The notes beneath the pieces are model-generated. The model was given only the letters and a program-made list of their open reading frames with translations. It had not been told where the DNA came from and did no database searches. Positions 38,307-48,024 of a DNA stretch of 64,000 nucleotides are shown piece by piece (position 1 is the stretch's first letter; each line of letters opens with the position of its first letter). The translations under genes were made by a program, and so were the position numbers. Source of the DNA: Candidatus Latescibacterota bacterium (GTDB lineage Bacteria; Latescibacterota; UBA2968; GCA-2709665); contig CAXXXF010000003.1 of the NCBI GenBank assembly GCA_963667175.2, forward strand, positions 1 through 64,000. The letters are read 5' to 3'.

Positions 38307-38565
38307 TCCTCAATTCGATAAAAGAAAACCGCAAAATTGGCCACAAAAAGCACAAAAGGCACAAAGGGCATCCGTGCGATACGGCATGTGTCGTAACGCC
38401 GTGACCCTGCAGTCGTTTCCTCAACGGGCCGAAAACGTCGTCCGGAAGCACATTTTTTCCGTTCACATCCAGTGACCTGAAGGTTCCTGGAAATCCGATG
38501 CCATATCGCCCTTATCAACTTGCGTATATTCGAATTAACGTCCCCGAAAAATGACGAATCAAGGT
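38307..38565 (-). mobile_element. MITE family 2 copy (inverted) with internal nonamer tract
   Basis: TCCTCAATTCG...CGAATCAAGGT; homologous to 16136-16328; contains GCCACAAAAAGCACAAAAGGCACAAA. Confidence 0.85.
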
Positions 38566-41500
38566 TAATCGAACGTCACGAACGCCATCGGCCGCACGAC
38601 GCAGGAGTCCCCGGGCCCCAGGTCGTAGATCACCGGCAAGTCATCGGGCGCGCCTGGCCAGTGAATCGCATCCCGCAGCACAAACCGGTGTCCGCCCTCG
38701 TCACGCGGGACCACTTGATCGATGGTGTGGAGCCGTTCCCTGTAAGCCAGCCGGGCGCCCTTCAGGTAATGGCATCCGGAGTCTTCCGTATCCTCCCACT
38801 CCCGGTGAATCCATGTCCGGGTCAGCAGACCTTCGTCCGTCTCCCCGTCGACGACGAAGCGCCCGATGTGCAGCCGCTCCGCATCCAGCGAACACAGCCA
38901 CCCGTCGCCCGCCGCCTCGACGGATCGGATAGGGAAGTTGCACGCGTGCGGCGGGTTCGACACCATCAGGGTCTCCCCCTCTGGCGGCGCCCCACCCGTG
39001 TCCGACGTTACGGTCACCCGGCGGCTTTCCGCGTCCATTTCCGCAATCCGCCCCCGCCATGTACCGGCGCCTTCGGCCTGGATGTCTCCGAATTTGACTC
39101 CATCTCCCGACAGGCAGGCCCAACTCGGCCGGCCGGCGGCGTCGAGGGTCAATACGCCGAGACCGCCGTCAAGTTCGAGGCCGCCCTCGAAGACGGACCG
39201 GCTCTTGTCAGCCGGCGCGCTCAGAACGAGACATTTCCCATCCTGCCACGATATTTCCAGTCCGATCGCGTCTTCACCTTCGATCAGATCCAGCCGTCTG
39301 ACGCCCGTCAACCTGGGGTTCTTCACATAAGTTTCGCAGACAACGGCGAACAGGCTGTTCAGGTCGTCCTGGCGGCGGCCCGCCCGATTTCGCAGCAGGA
39401 CGTAGTCCAGGTGCTCGGGCGCCCCCGGTCTTTTTGGCGTTTTGCCATGCGCTGTGATGACCTCCCGTGCGACGCCCTCGGGGACGATCATCCGCAGCCC
39501 CATCTCCGCGTCCCGCCATACGGCCTGGAATTCGTCCGCTGGCTGCCCGCGCTCCACGTCGTACAGGTAGGAAAAGCCGCTGCCCCGGTACGAGTGGTAG
39601 CTGCGCTTGCCGTTTGTCCCGGGCAGGCCCGGCAACCTGGCATGCCGTTCCAGTTCGGGATCGTCGTACAGCTTCCGGAAGGGAACCTTCGGTCCGGCCA
39701 GCGTGCCGCCCTCCTGAGACCGAAACGAAACGCCTTCGGTTGAAAAATCACCGTCGAATCCGTGGAAGGAATAATCGTGCGCCCAGCCGCCCTTTACGCG
39801 GAACAGGTCGACCAGGACCTGCAGATCCGGCGCCAACTCCAGCAGCGTCACGCCGCGTCGATACACGTCCGCGTCCAGGTACGCCCGCGGCGCCGAGAGT
39901 TCCACGTGCTGCACGTGCGGGGCGGTCCCGAACCGTTCCAGGCGCCCCTCGTCGGCGGTGTCCTGCCGGCTTTCGTTCACCACGACGGTGACGTGACTGA
40001 CGGTATTCTTCTCCCAGGCCGGCGGGTCCGGATGTTCGGCGGCGTGGCTGGGATAACCCGTATCGGGCGCCACGCGTTTGCCGCCGGCGATGACCTCCAG
40101 ATTCAACCGGTCCCGGTGCGCGTGGCCGGCGTTGGCGTGCCCGTACTGAAGCACCGCCGCCGTCTGGCGCTCCGCCCGGCCGCTTCGCAGGACCACGAAT
40201 CCTACGCCGCCCAGGTTATCGCTCGTCTCCGGCCATTCCGGCAGATTCCCCGCGGCGTGTTCCAGTTCGGCTTTCGTCAGCGGCGCCTCGAACAGGTCGT
40301 CGTAGCTGCGGAACCCGTTTTCTTCCATTGCGCCTTCGTTCAGCAGCGCGCGGGCGTACTCCGGCCACCCGTAACCCCTGAAGAACCGCCGAAGCGAGGA
40401 AGTATCCAGCATGGGATAGGTCGCCTCCGCGCCCGTATCGGCAATGGCGGGCATCTTGCCGCCCCAGCACGCCAGCCGCCGAGACCAGTTCCCCAGCGAA
40501 CGTACGTGTTCCCCCGGAAGCCGGCGTTTGCCCAGGCGCTTCAGGACCAGGTCCGTATCCAGCATATACCGCGTCCAGCAGCCCGCCGAATAGCCGATCG
40601 CCACCTCGAACGAGACCCCGTCACGGAACAGGAAGTTATCCAGCGCGTGATTCCAGCCCTCGACGCCGTACGCCCACACTTGTGTGTTGGGCCCGCATCC
40701 GGTGTACGTCTCCAGGTTCCGGATGGCCCAATCCGTAAACGCGTCGTCGTCAAGGACAACCAGTGCTTTCACCGCCGAGGCCTGGTGAAGCCCGTAGTTC
40801 CCACGAATCTTTCCTTCCCAGATGTCCCGTACCGACTGCCGCACCAGATTGTCTTCCACGTGCCGTACCAGCGCTTCCGGTTTTTTGCCCAGAAACTCGT
40901 GTACGCTGCTTTCAGCCTGCAACGCCGGAAACAGGTTGTCGTACGCCTCGGCATAGAGCCCGATATTGAACGATTCCTGTACGGCGTACAGAAAACGTCC
41001 CGTATAGCCGACCTGGTAGTTCAAGCCGTACCAGGATTGGGCGGCGTGGTCCATGGTGGGAAACAGCGCGGCCATCCTGTCCAGCAGGATCGCGCCCTTG
41101 CGGCCGTACCGCGCGTCTCCGGTCATCAGATACGCGCGACCGAGATCCTGAAGCGCCGGAATCAACTGGTGCCAGAGCCGATAACAATAGTGCGCGACGA
41201 ACCAGAACCGGGGCCGGCCGTCGCCGGGGTCCCAGCCAGAACCGTCGTCGGCGTAATCGCCGGTTAGCAGGACGCGGTCTCCGGTCCTGTAATACGCCAT
41301 AAAGTCGTTCGAAGGGTACTCCTCGCCGCCCACGGCGCATTTGATCTTCCACGGACGGTTGAAGATGTCCACCTGCCAGGGTCCGCCCGGCGCCTGAAAG
41401 ACCGCCTCGCCATGGACCGGACACCCGTCGAACGACGGCAGAAACCCACGGAAGATGTCCGCCGGAGGCGGCAGGTCACGTACGTACGCGTCATCCAGTT

Positions 41501-41624
41501 TCGCCCAGACCTCGGCACGTTCGACGATCTCATCCGCGATCTTCCTCGCCGCGGGAAACCGTACCACGTGGTCCTTCATCCTGCGGATCCCGTCCTCCGT
41601 ATGCCATGTGCGACCTGTCTTCAT
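38565..41624 (-). CDS. Large heparinase II/III-family protein
   Basis: GNYGLHQ, DGVSFE, VVLRSG, GHAHRDRLNL, DTGYP, SHVTVVVNE; N-terminal GCPVHG...IKCAVGG. Start set at MKTGR. Confidence 0.8.
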   Translation of the reverse strand: MKTGRTWHTEDGIRRMKDHVVRFPAARKIADEIVERAEVWAKLDDAYVRDLPPPADIFRGFLPSFDGCPVHGEAVFQAPGGPWQVDIFNRPWKIKCAVGGEEYPSNDFMAYYRTGDRVLLTGDYADDGSGWDPGDGRPRFWFVAHYCYRLWHQLIPALQDLGRAYLMTGDARYGRKGAILLDRMAALFPTMDHAAQSWYGLNYQVGYTGRFLYAVQESFNIGLYAEAYDNLFPALQAESSVHEFLGKKPEALVRHVEDNLVRQSVRDIWEGKIRGNYGLHQASAVKALVVLDDDAFTDWAIRNLETYTGCGPNTQVWAYGVEGWNHALDNFLFRDGVSFEVAIGYSAGCWTRYMLDTDLVLKRLGKRRLPGEHVRSLGNWSRRLACWGGKMPAIADTGAEATYPMLDTSSLRRFFRGYGWPEYARALLNEGAMEENGFRSYDDLFEAPLTKAELEHAAGNLPEWPETSDNLGGVGFVVLRSGRAERQTAAVLQYGHANAGHAHRDRLNLEVIAGGKRVAPDTGYPSHAAEHPDPPAWEKNTVSHVTVVVNESRQDTADEGRLERFGTAPHVQHVELSAPRAYLDADVYRRGVTLLELAPDLQVLVDLFRVKGGWAHDYSFHGFDGDFSTEGVSFRSQEGGTLAGPKVPFRKLYDDPELERHARLPGLPGTNGKRSYHSYRGSGFSYLYDVERGQPADEFQAVWRDAEMGLRMIVPEGVAREVITAHGKTPKRPGAPEHLDYVLLRNRAGRRQDDLNSLFAVVCETYVKNPRLTGVRRLDLIEGEDAIGLEISWQDGKCLVLSAPADKSRSVFEGGLELDGGLGVLTLDAAGRPSWACLSGDGVKFGDIQAEGAGTWRGRIAEMDAESRRVTVTSDTGGAPPEGETLMVSNPPHACNFPIRSVEAAGDGWLCSLDAERLHIGRFVVDGETDEGLLTRTWIHREWEDTEDSGCHYLKGARLAYRERLHTIDQVVPRDEGGHRFVLRDAIHWPGAPDDLPVIYDLGPGDSCVVRPMAFVTFD

Positions 41625-41779
41625 TTCAGGCTTCCTTTCGTCTGCGCCATAGTCAACGTCGATTTCCGAAGCAGCAAAGTACACAGGAAGGGAACAAATG
41701 GAAAAGGAAAAAAGCCCGGCCGAAAGCGCTAAAGACAGGCGGACCGGGTCCCTGAAGCCCGAGCGTGTTACTGCGCCTT

Positions 41780-42013
41780 TCCCGTTGACACGCGCGGACG
41801 GATCGCTTCGTGTTCGGCGGCGGAGACCTGACGTTCAAGCTGGGATCCGTGCTGGCGACCGCGGACCGATGGCTGATCACGGGCGCGACGGCCGGCGTCG
41901 GTCTAGTCACCGAGTTCCGATCGCTCAGTACCGTTGGGGTCCAACCCTTTGCTCTCGGCGTCGTTTCCACCGCCGTCATCGCCGCGCTGGGCCTGGCATA
42001 TGCCAGTCTGTAG
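41780..42013 (+). pseudogene. C-terminal fragment of a YeiH/UPF0324-like membrane protein
   Basis: WLITGATAGVGLVTEFRSLSTVGVQPFALG resembles the YeiH C-terminus; no N-terminal part is present. Confidence 0.5.
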
Positions 42014-42103
42014 GGAAAGCAATGATCGATCAACCGGCCCTAAAATTCCGTACATTACGTCGTAATACACTGTAATACGTTGTTTTGACATGTGTGGGAA
42101 AAA

Positions 42104-42147
42104 CACAAAAGAGCAGCCGATCCAATAGAGATGGGCTGCTCTTTGTG
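42104..42147. terminator. Long hairpin downstream of the HNH gene
   Basis: CACAAAAGAGCAGCC ... GGCTGCTCTTTGTG. Confidence 0.5.
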
Positions 42148-42274
42148 GAATTGTAAAAATCGGTCGATTTGACCGGTTCACATGAAGGTCATTGGTGTAT
42201 GCGCGCGCGTGTGTTCGGTGCCAGATTCGGCGAACTGCAACCAGCGCGCAATCAGGCGGACGTCGGACATCGGA

Positions 42275-43030
42275 TTAAATCCACTTTTGGGGCTCTTCTG
42301 ACAGGATAGCTTCGCCCAACGGGCCAAAGTACGACCGATTGGTCGTGAAGAAGGGATTCAACCGGTCGTTCCCATCCGGCGTCAGTACAGAGCGTATCCA
42401 GGCAGCCATCATATCCGGATTGTCCAGATCGTCAATATGCCCGGATTCTTCCTCAAGACCATTCCACCGCTTCTCCCGCTGCAACCGCAATCGTTCCGCG
42501 TTGAGGTTCAGAATCTCAATGGTACGGGTCACACGTTCTGCAGAAAAACCAGTTCGTTCGCAATTCGTGTCGTCTGCTTCAATTTGCCCGTTGTCAACGA
42601 TCTTAAAAAGCGATGGCAACGCAGGTAATTTTCGGGGGTCGACGAAATCTGCGTCATTCTTATTTCCCTTCGCCTGACCGCAGCAAATGTTGCGTCTTGA
42701 AGGCCTCGTATAGCGTTCCTCTTCGTCGATTTGCCTGGTTCCACCCACGCAGCATGCAACCAAGTTGGCTACGTCAGTCGCCTTCTGTTTGCCATTGTCG
42801 TCTTCGCTCTGCGGAATCACATGTTCAACCTGACGACGCCAGTCATTGATCGCAATTTCACAGTACGCGCAGATTCCGTGTTGATTTTGAGTCAGGGCCT
42901 CCCTCAGTTCGCAATAGGACGCTCCCGAATTATGGGAACGAAACTCATTCCAATTCGCTTCTTCCCCCACTTCTTTGAGATATTGGGCAAGTCCGGAAGT
43001 CGGCGTTTTCAATTGCCTGATGACCTTCAT
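42275..43030 (-). CDS. ptuB: HNH endonuclease, Septu/retron effector type (PtuB/TIGR02646-like)
   Basis: QHGICAYCE, VEHVIP, NLVACC, CGQAKG, TIEILNLN; 4-nt overlap with the ATPase gene. Confidence 0.85.
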   Translation of the reverse strand: MKVIRQLKTPTSGLAQYLKEVGEEANWNEFRSHNSGASYCELREALTQNQHGICAYCEIAINDWRRQVEHVIPQSEDDNGKQKATDVANLVACCVGGTRQIDEEERYTRPSRRNICCGQAKGNKNDADFVDPRKLPALPSLFKIVDNGQIEADDTNCERTGFSAERVTRTIEILNLNAERLRLQREKRWNGLEEESGHIDDLDNPDMMAAWIRSVLTPDGNDRLNPFFTTNRSYFGPLGEAILSEEPQKWI

Positions 43031-44307
43031 TGGGACTCGCCTATCTTCCTGAACAGTTTGCGTCGCTTGATTTCAAGGTCTGCACGATCAAGGGCAGGAT
43101 CGTAGGGGGATATTTCTTCCAGAATTTCTCGAAGCGCCAGGGCTTCATTGGACTCCCACTGCTCCTCTCTTATCAGACGCCGGTATTCGTCCAGCGCCTT
43201 TGTGAAGCGGTTCCCGGGCGGCCTCTCGTTTACGCCCATCACGACGGAAAGGACGTCTCCCGCCTCGGCGCCATACGTTGCTCCCTCTGGTGCCCGGGCA
43301 ACAATCCGGTCGCCGTCACGACAGAGTTCCACGATGCGTTTCGGCTCTACCGTGGTCAGCACCTGTGGGCTGTGGGTTGAGACGATGAACTGCGCGTTCG
43401 GAAAGGTCCTCAGAAGATCGGCAAGGATGCGCTGCTGCCAGGCTGGATGCAAATGCAGTTCCACCTCGTCAATCAAGACAATTACTTCGGATTCGAGGGG
43501 ATTGTCGAGGTGCGGATTGCCCTGCGCCATCCGCCGCGCCAGGTCGGCCGCCAGCGCGAGCACGATGCGATAACCCCCACTTAACTGGTCGAGAGAGAGC
43601 GTTTCTACGTGCCCCTGATCAGACTTCCATGACACCACAAAACGGGGTGGATTCAACTCGGTACGTGGATTGGACACTTCGGGAAGCATCGATGATATCG
43701 CCTGCCGAACCACGGATACATCCTTTAACTGATAATTGAAATCCCGCCGCTCCTTTTGCCTCCTCAACTCCTCGTCTTCCTTGAAATAGAACCACGTTAG
43801 GAGACCTCCGAAGTCCGTGCGAGCGTCAAGCGCCCCCTTCAGCGCGGCGAAACGAGGGAATTTGACTTTAGGATCGTTTGGCGCCTTCGACAGGCCAGAT
43901 ACCATGCGATCTGTGCTATAAAAGGCCGCAATGGGTAGATCGGCTTCATTTGCCTCAGGGCCCCTGAATTGCCTGTCCAGAAACTGAACCAAAGCGATCA
44001 TCCTCTGTTGGACCAGGCGGTCATCCGCCTGCCTGCCCCCTTGCCGCTCCCAAGAGTTTCCATCCATGTCGGTGGTTGAGACCCTTGGCACCCCCGCGCC
44101 TTCGCGCTGATCCTCTTCGCTGAATTCCAGGTCCGTTACATCCGACAGCAATTTGGGAATCGCTCCAAGGGCCATGGCAATTGCATGCAAAACACTTGTC
44201 TTACCGTACCCATTGGCGCCGTGAAACACCGTAAGCCGCGGATCCATCTGCAGTTTGAGTTGCTCAATGGCGCGGTAGTTTTCGATTTCCACGAATCTCA
44301 GCTTCAC
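43027..44307 (-). CDS. ptuA: ABC/AAA ATPase, Septu PtuA-like
   Basis: Walker A GANGYGKT, signature LSGGY, LAADLARR, Walker B LIDEVELHLHPAWQ, STHSPQ; RBS AAGGAGG before the GTG at 44307. Confidence 0.87.
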   Translation of the reverse strand: MKLRFVEIENYRAIEQLKLQMDPRLTVFHGANGYGKTSVLHAIAMALGAIPKLLSDVTDLEFSEEDQREGAGVPRVSTTDMDGNSWERQGGRQADDRLVQQRMIALVQFLDRQFRGPEANEADLPIAAFYSTDRMVSGLSKAPNDPKVKFPRFAALKGALDARTDFGGLLTWFYFKEDEELRRQKERRDFNYQLKDVSVVRQAISSMLPEVSNPRTELNPPRFVVSWKSDQGHVETLSLDQLSGGYRIVLALAADLARRMAQGNPHLDNPLESEVIVLIDEVELHLHPAWQQRILADLLRTFPNAQFIVSTHSPQVLTTVEPKRIVELCRDGDRIVARAPEGATYGAEAGDVLSVVMGVNERPPGNRFTKALDEYRRLIREEQWESNEALALREILEEISPYDPALDRADLEIKRRKLFRKIGESQ

Positions 44308-44383
44308 GACCGCCCCTCCTTTGTCGAAGGTCAACAAAAGGGCTTATTTGTCGATCCTATGCCTCAATACTTGCTTCGGCACT

Positions 44384-45460
44384 TCATACCTCGTCGTCAA
44401 ACTTGGTGAATACGCCCTTCAATTTTTCGACTGTCGTGACCCATCTTTGCTGCTTGGGTTTGCATACGGTGTTTTGGTTGCCAAACATACCAGGCTCGTG
44501 AACGGCTTGGTCCAATGAGACAGTATCGAGCCACTTGACCGGCACGAAGTATTCCATCAAATCGGGATCGTCTCCAAGATCGCGGTGGTGTTTCGCCTGC
44601 AACACCTCGAGTGCTGGACGTCCGTTAATCTCAAACTCTTCAGCCGACTGCCGCGGCCCACCAATTCGACGGACGCCCACAAAGCCCTTGCGTGGAACCT
44701 TTACCCATACGCGGGCATCCTTCTCCAGCATTTTCAACGAACTGCTATACCATTTACCACCGCCACCGGAAATGAAGCCATATTTTACTGCTTCGTTCCA
44801 ATCGCGGTCTTCGTCGTGACCGAAACAAGCATAGAATTCATTGTTCCATACCAGCCTTTCGCGGGGAATAGAGGTCGGGGATTCCGAAGAATCCTTGGGT
44901 TCTAGCAACCAAGCACGGCTGAGGAATTTCGTGTCGCCATGCTGGAAGATTTCAAACGTAAGCACGTTGATCGGAACGTTCAGTCCGTTGAGATATCGTA
45001 CAATTCGCTCGCTGCTCGGGTCCAACGTTGAAGCCACGACAACCAACTGGTGGGAATGATTAATCGGCTCATCCTCTTCGTCCAAGACTCGATCGAACCG
45101 AGTTCGAAAGTCATCGCTAAGTGATGCATTGGCGTTTTTGCTTTGATAGATTTCGACCACCTCTTCAGGCTTTAGGTTTGCAAGCCATAGCGCGTAGTCA
45201 AGCGTCTGAGCAATCACCTCCCGCGGTGTTTTGTCGCGCTTCAATTCAATCAGAACCAAAGAGGCATCGTCAGCAATGGCTAACAAGTCGACAAGTCCGG
45301 TACCCGTATGTATCTGGCGACCGATTAGCATCCAATCGTCTGATAGGATCTCAGGTTCGGATACTATCATGTCCTCCAGTTGTCTTTCGTTGGCAAGCAT
45401 AGAAGTTCGGACCTTCAAAGGCGGCTATTCGACTGTCCAGAGTGTGTGTTGGATAGGCAT
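44384..45460 (-). pseudogene. NucS/DUF91-like PD-(D/E)xK endonuclease with an in-frame TAG at codon 12
   Basis: GGAG RBS + ATG 45460 reads MPIQHTLWTVE*PPLKVRTSML; downstream IGRQ, VDLLAI, IELKRD, AQTLDY motifs are intact. A shorter ORF could start at 45418 or 45400. Confidence 0.75.
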
Positions 45461-46004
45461 AGGATTGCTCCGTTAAATCGGGTGCGACCGGTCGGTCGCC
45501 GGTTGTGATTGCTGCTTCTTTTGTCAAAACCTACGTGCCCACATAGAGGGGAACAACTGTCCAACCTGACATTGCGCTAGATTACGGACGTAAACCGGGA
45601 GATTTTGATGCTCCTTGACGAAGGTCGAGAATGTTGTGCCCGGATTCGGAATCGGTTGAGAGCTTTAAGAGGTAGTGCCTCGCCCTGGCGTTGTTTGTCT
45701 TGTAAGGTTTTTCAATTCGCTGGAAATCATAGTCCACTCCTGCCAAATCCCCTTGTTATGATCGGATTAGATGGGTAGTATATGGTACATAAGAATTCGA
45801 CGGTATCAAAAGGATTTCGAATCAATCCCCGTGCTTTGTTGCCGTCGCGAAATGAAGAGCTTTCAATCAACAAACGGAAACAATCGAACACCAGGGCCGA
45901 GGGCGAAGTTTCGAGTTGTTTTTATAGTCATCCTTGGTTTTTCTGCGTCCGGCCACCCACGCTCGCTATACCTGTGAGTTGATCTCTCAAGTGCAGGAGT
46001 CACG

Positions 46005-46931
46005 ATGAACGAACTTCAGGCGGATCTATTTGATCCAAAAGAATTGGATGCGATTGGAGTTTCTCCGATTCCCGCAGTGAACGTGGCCTCGGTACCGCAG
46101 CGGAGCCCTCTGCGATATCCGGGCGGGAAAACCTGGCTGATCCCGCATATCCGGGTTTGGCTTCGGGAGAAGAAGCCAAAGCCTCGGCTGCTCATCGAAC
46201 CGTTCGCGGGGGGTGGGACCGTTTCGCTGACCGCTGTAATGGAAGGGCTGGTGGACCGATGTCTCATGGCGGAGCTCGACCATGACGTGGCCGCGTTCTG
46301 GCAGGCGGTATTGAAACACGGTCCCGAACTTTGCGCTATCGTCATGCGTTTCGAGCCGACGCGTGAAGCGGTAAACGCGGTTGCGAGCAGGCGCCCTCAA
46401 AGCCTGCTGGAACATGGTTTTCGTACTCTCCTGTTGAACCGGACGCGCCGGGGCGGCATACTCGCTCCGGGCGCCTCACTCAGCCGCGCGGGAGAAAACG
46501 GAAAGGGTGTTGGGTCCCGCTGGTATCCGGAGACAATCGTCAATCGCTTGTGGGCAATTGCGGATCACACCGATCGATTCGAATTCCGGGAAACGGACGG
46601 CATGCGCTTATTGGAAGGGTTCGTTGCGAAACGCGGGTGTAGCTCGGTGGCGAATGCCGACTCTGTGGTTTTTGTAGACCCGCCGTACACGGCCGGAGGC
46701 AAGCGTGCAGGCAAGCGGCTCTACGCCCATAACGAGGTTGATCATCCGAAGTTGTTTGAAGTGCTTGCGGATAGCGGTACGGATTTCCTGATGACCTACG
46801 ACAGAGCGCCGGAAATCGTGTCCTTAAGTGAAAAATTCGGTTTCCACGCGGTCCGGGTCATTATGAAGAATACACATCACGCGAGAATTCCGGAACTGAT
46901 CATCACACCCACTCCGGTGTTTGTCCATTGA
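46005..46931 (+). CDS. Dam-like (D12 class) DNA adenine methyltransferase
   Basis: SPLRYPGGKT, EPFAGGG, LNR, FVDPPY motifs. Confidence 0.92.
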   Translation: MNELQADLFDPKELDAIGVSPIPAVNVASVPQRSPLRYPGGKTWLIPHIRVWLREKKPKPRLLIEPFAGGGTVSLTAVMEGLVDRCLMAELDHDVAAFWQAVLKHGPELCAIVMRFEPTREAVNAVASRRPQSLLEHGFRTLLLNRTRRGGILAPGASLSRAGENGKGVGSRWYPETIVNRLWAIADHTDRFEFRETDGMRLLEGFVAKRGCSSVANADSVVFVDPPYTAGGKRAGKRLYAHNEVDHPKLFEVLADSGTDFLMTYDRAPEIVSLSEKFGFHAVRVIMKNTHHARIPELIITPTPVFVH

Positions 46932-47187
46932 CCGCGAATAGCATCGCGGAATGGTATGGGCAGCGGTCCCCTGTTCGACTGATTTAGCCCGTCCCTCGAA
47001 GTTGCCGTATTGCCAACCCGGCTGTAGTCCCCTGAACGCCTGTCCGCAGCCCCCGGCTCCGTTACAACTTGCCGTCCGTGCGTTTTTCTTCGTAATTTAC
47101 GGGCCGCCGCCTATTCGCGCCAGGCAGTCGCGCAATTCAGCGCGCGATCACGTTACGCTGATGCGCCTCGATATCTGGGAGTCTAAC

Positions 47188-47964
47188 ATGGAATCATTAC
47201 CCCTGCTTTCCGGTGACACGATGCCCGTGGTGGGCCTCGGGACCTATCCGCTGAAGGGCGAACAGTGCAAGCGGGTGGTCAAACAGGCCCTTGACCTCGG
47301 CTACACCCACTTCGATACCGCCTGGATCTACCGGAACCAGCGGGAGATCGGCGAAGCGCTCCGGGAGGCCGGCGTAGACAGGTCCAGGCTGTTCATCACG
47401 ACAAAAGTCGGTCAAGATTACCTGCGATACGACGTGGCCGTCAGACAGGCGGATGAGAATCTGCAGCTTCTGCAGATGGACTACGTGGATCTGCTGCTGG
47501 TGCACTGGCCGCCCGATGACGTGCCGATGCAAGAAACCATCGGCGCCTTCAACACCGTCTTCGACGCCGGCAAGGCCAGAAGCATCGGCGTCAGCAACTT
47601 CTCGGTCGAGCAGATGAAGGAGGCCTGTCGCGTTTCGAAAGCGCCGATCAGCGTCAACCAGATCAAATACCATCCGGGCTATGAACTGCGCGACGCGCTG
47701 CGGTGGTGCCTCGAACACGACGTGGTCGTGACCGCCTACTCGCCCCTCGGGAAAAAGAACATCCTTCAGGACCCCGTATTGACGAATATCGCCCGCAACC
47801 ACAACAGAACGTCCGCGCACGTCGCGCTCAGGTGGCTGATCCAGAAAGGCATGAACGTCATCCCGAAAGCCAGTTCGGAACAGCACCTCCGGGCCAATCT
47901 GGACGTCTTCGACTGGACCCTGTCCGAGGGTGAAATGGCGGCTATCGACGAAATGGCCGATTAG
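47188..47964 (+). CDS. Aldo/keto reductase
   Basis: GLGTY, DTAWIY, LFITTK, LLVHWP, SIGVSNF, AYSPLG, IPK. Start set at MESLP. Confidence 0.93.
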   Translation: MESLPLLSGDTMPVVGLGTYPLKGEQCKRVVKQALDLGYTHFDTAWIYRNQREIGEALREAGVDRSRLFITTKVGQDYLRYDVAVRQADENLQLLQMDYVDLLLVHWPPDDVPMQETIGAFNTVFDAGKARSIGVSNFSVEQMKEACRVSKAPISVNQIKYHPGYELRDALRWCLEHDVVVTAYSPLGKKNILQDPVLTNIARNHNRTSAHVALRWLIQKGMNVIPKASSEQHLRANLDVFDWTLSEGEMAAIDEMAD

Positions 47965-48024
47965 CCCCTTTCGCGTTCTTTCAGCGGAAATTTACATGGA
48001 TGGACAGGAAATGCAGGATGGAAC

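Noticed and set aside
42275-46004. Type I-A retron
   Set aside because: A PtuAB-like effector is present, but there is no reverse transcriptase ORF and no recognisable msr-msd.
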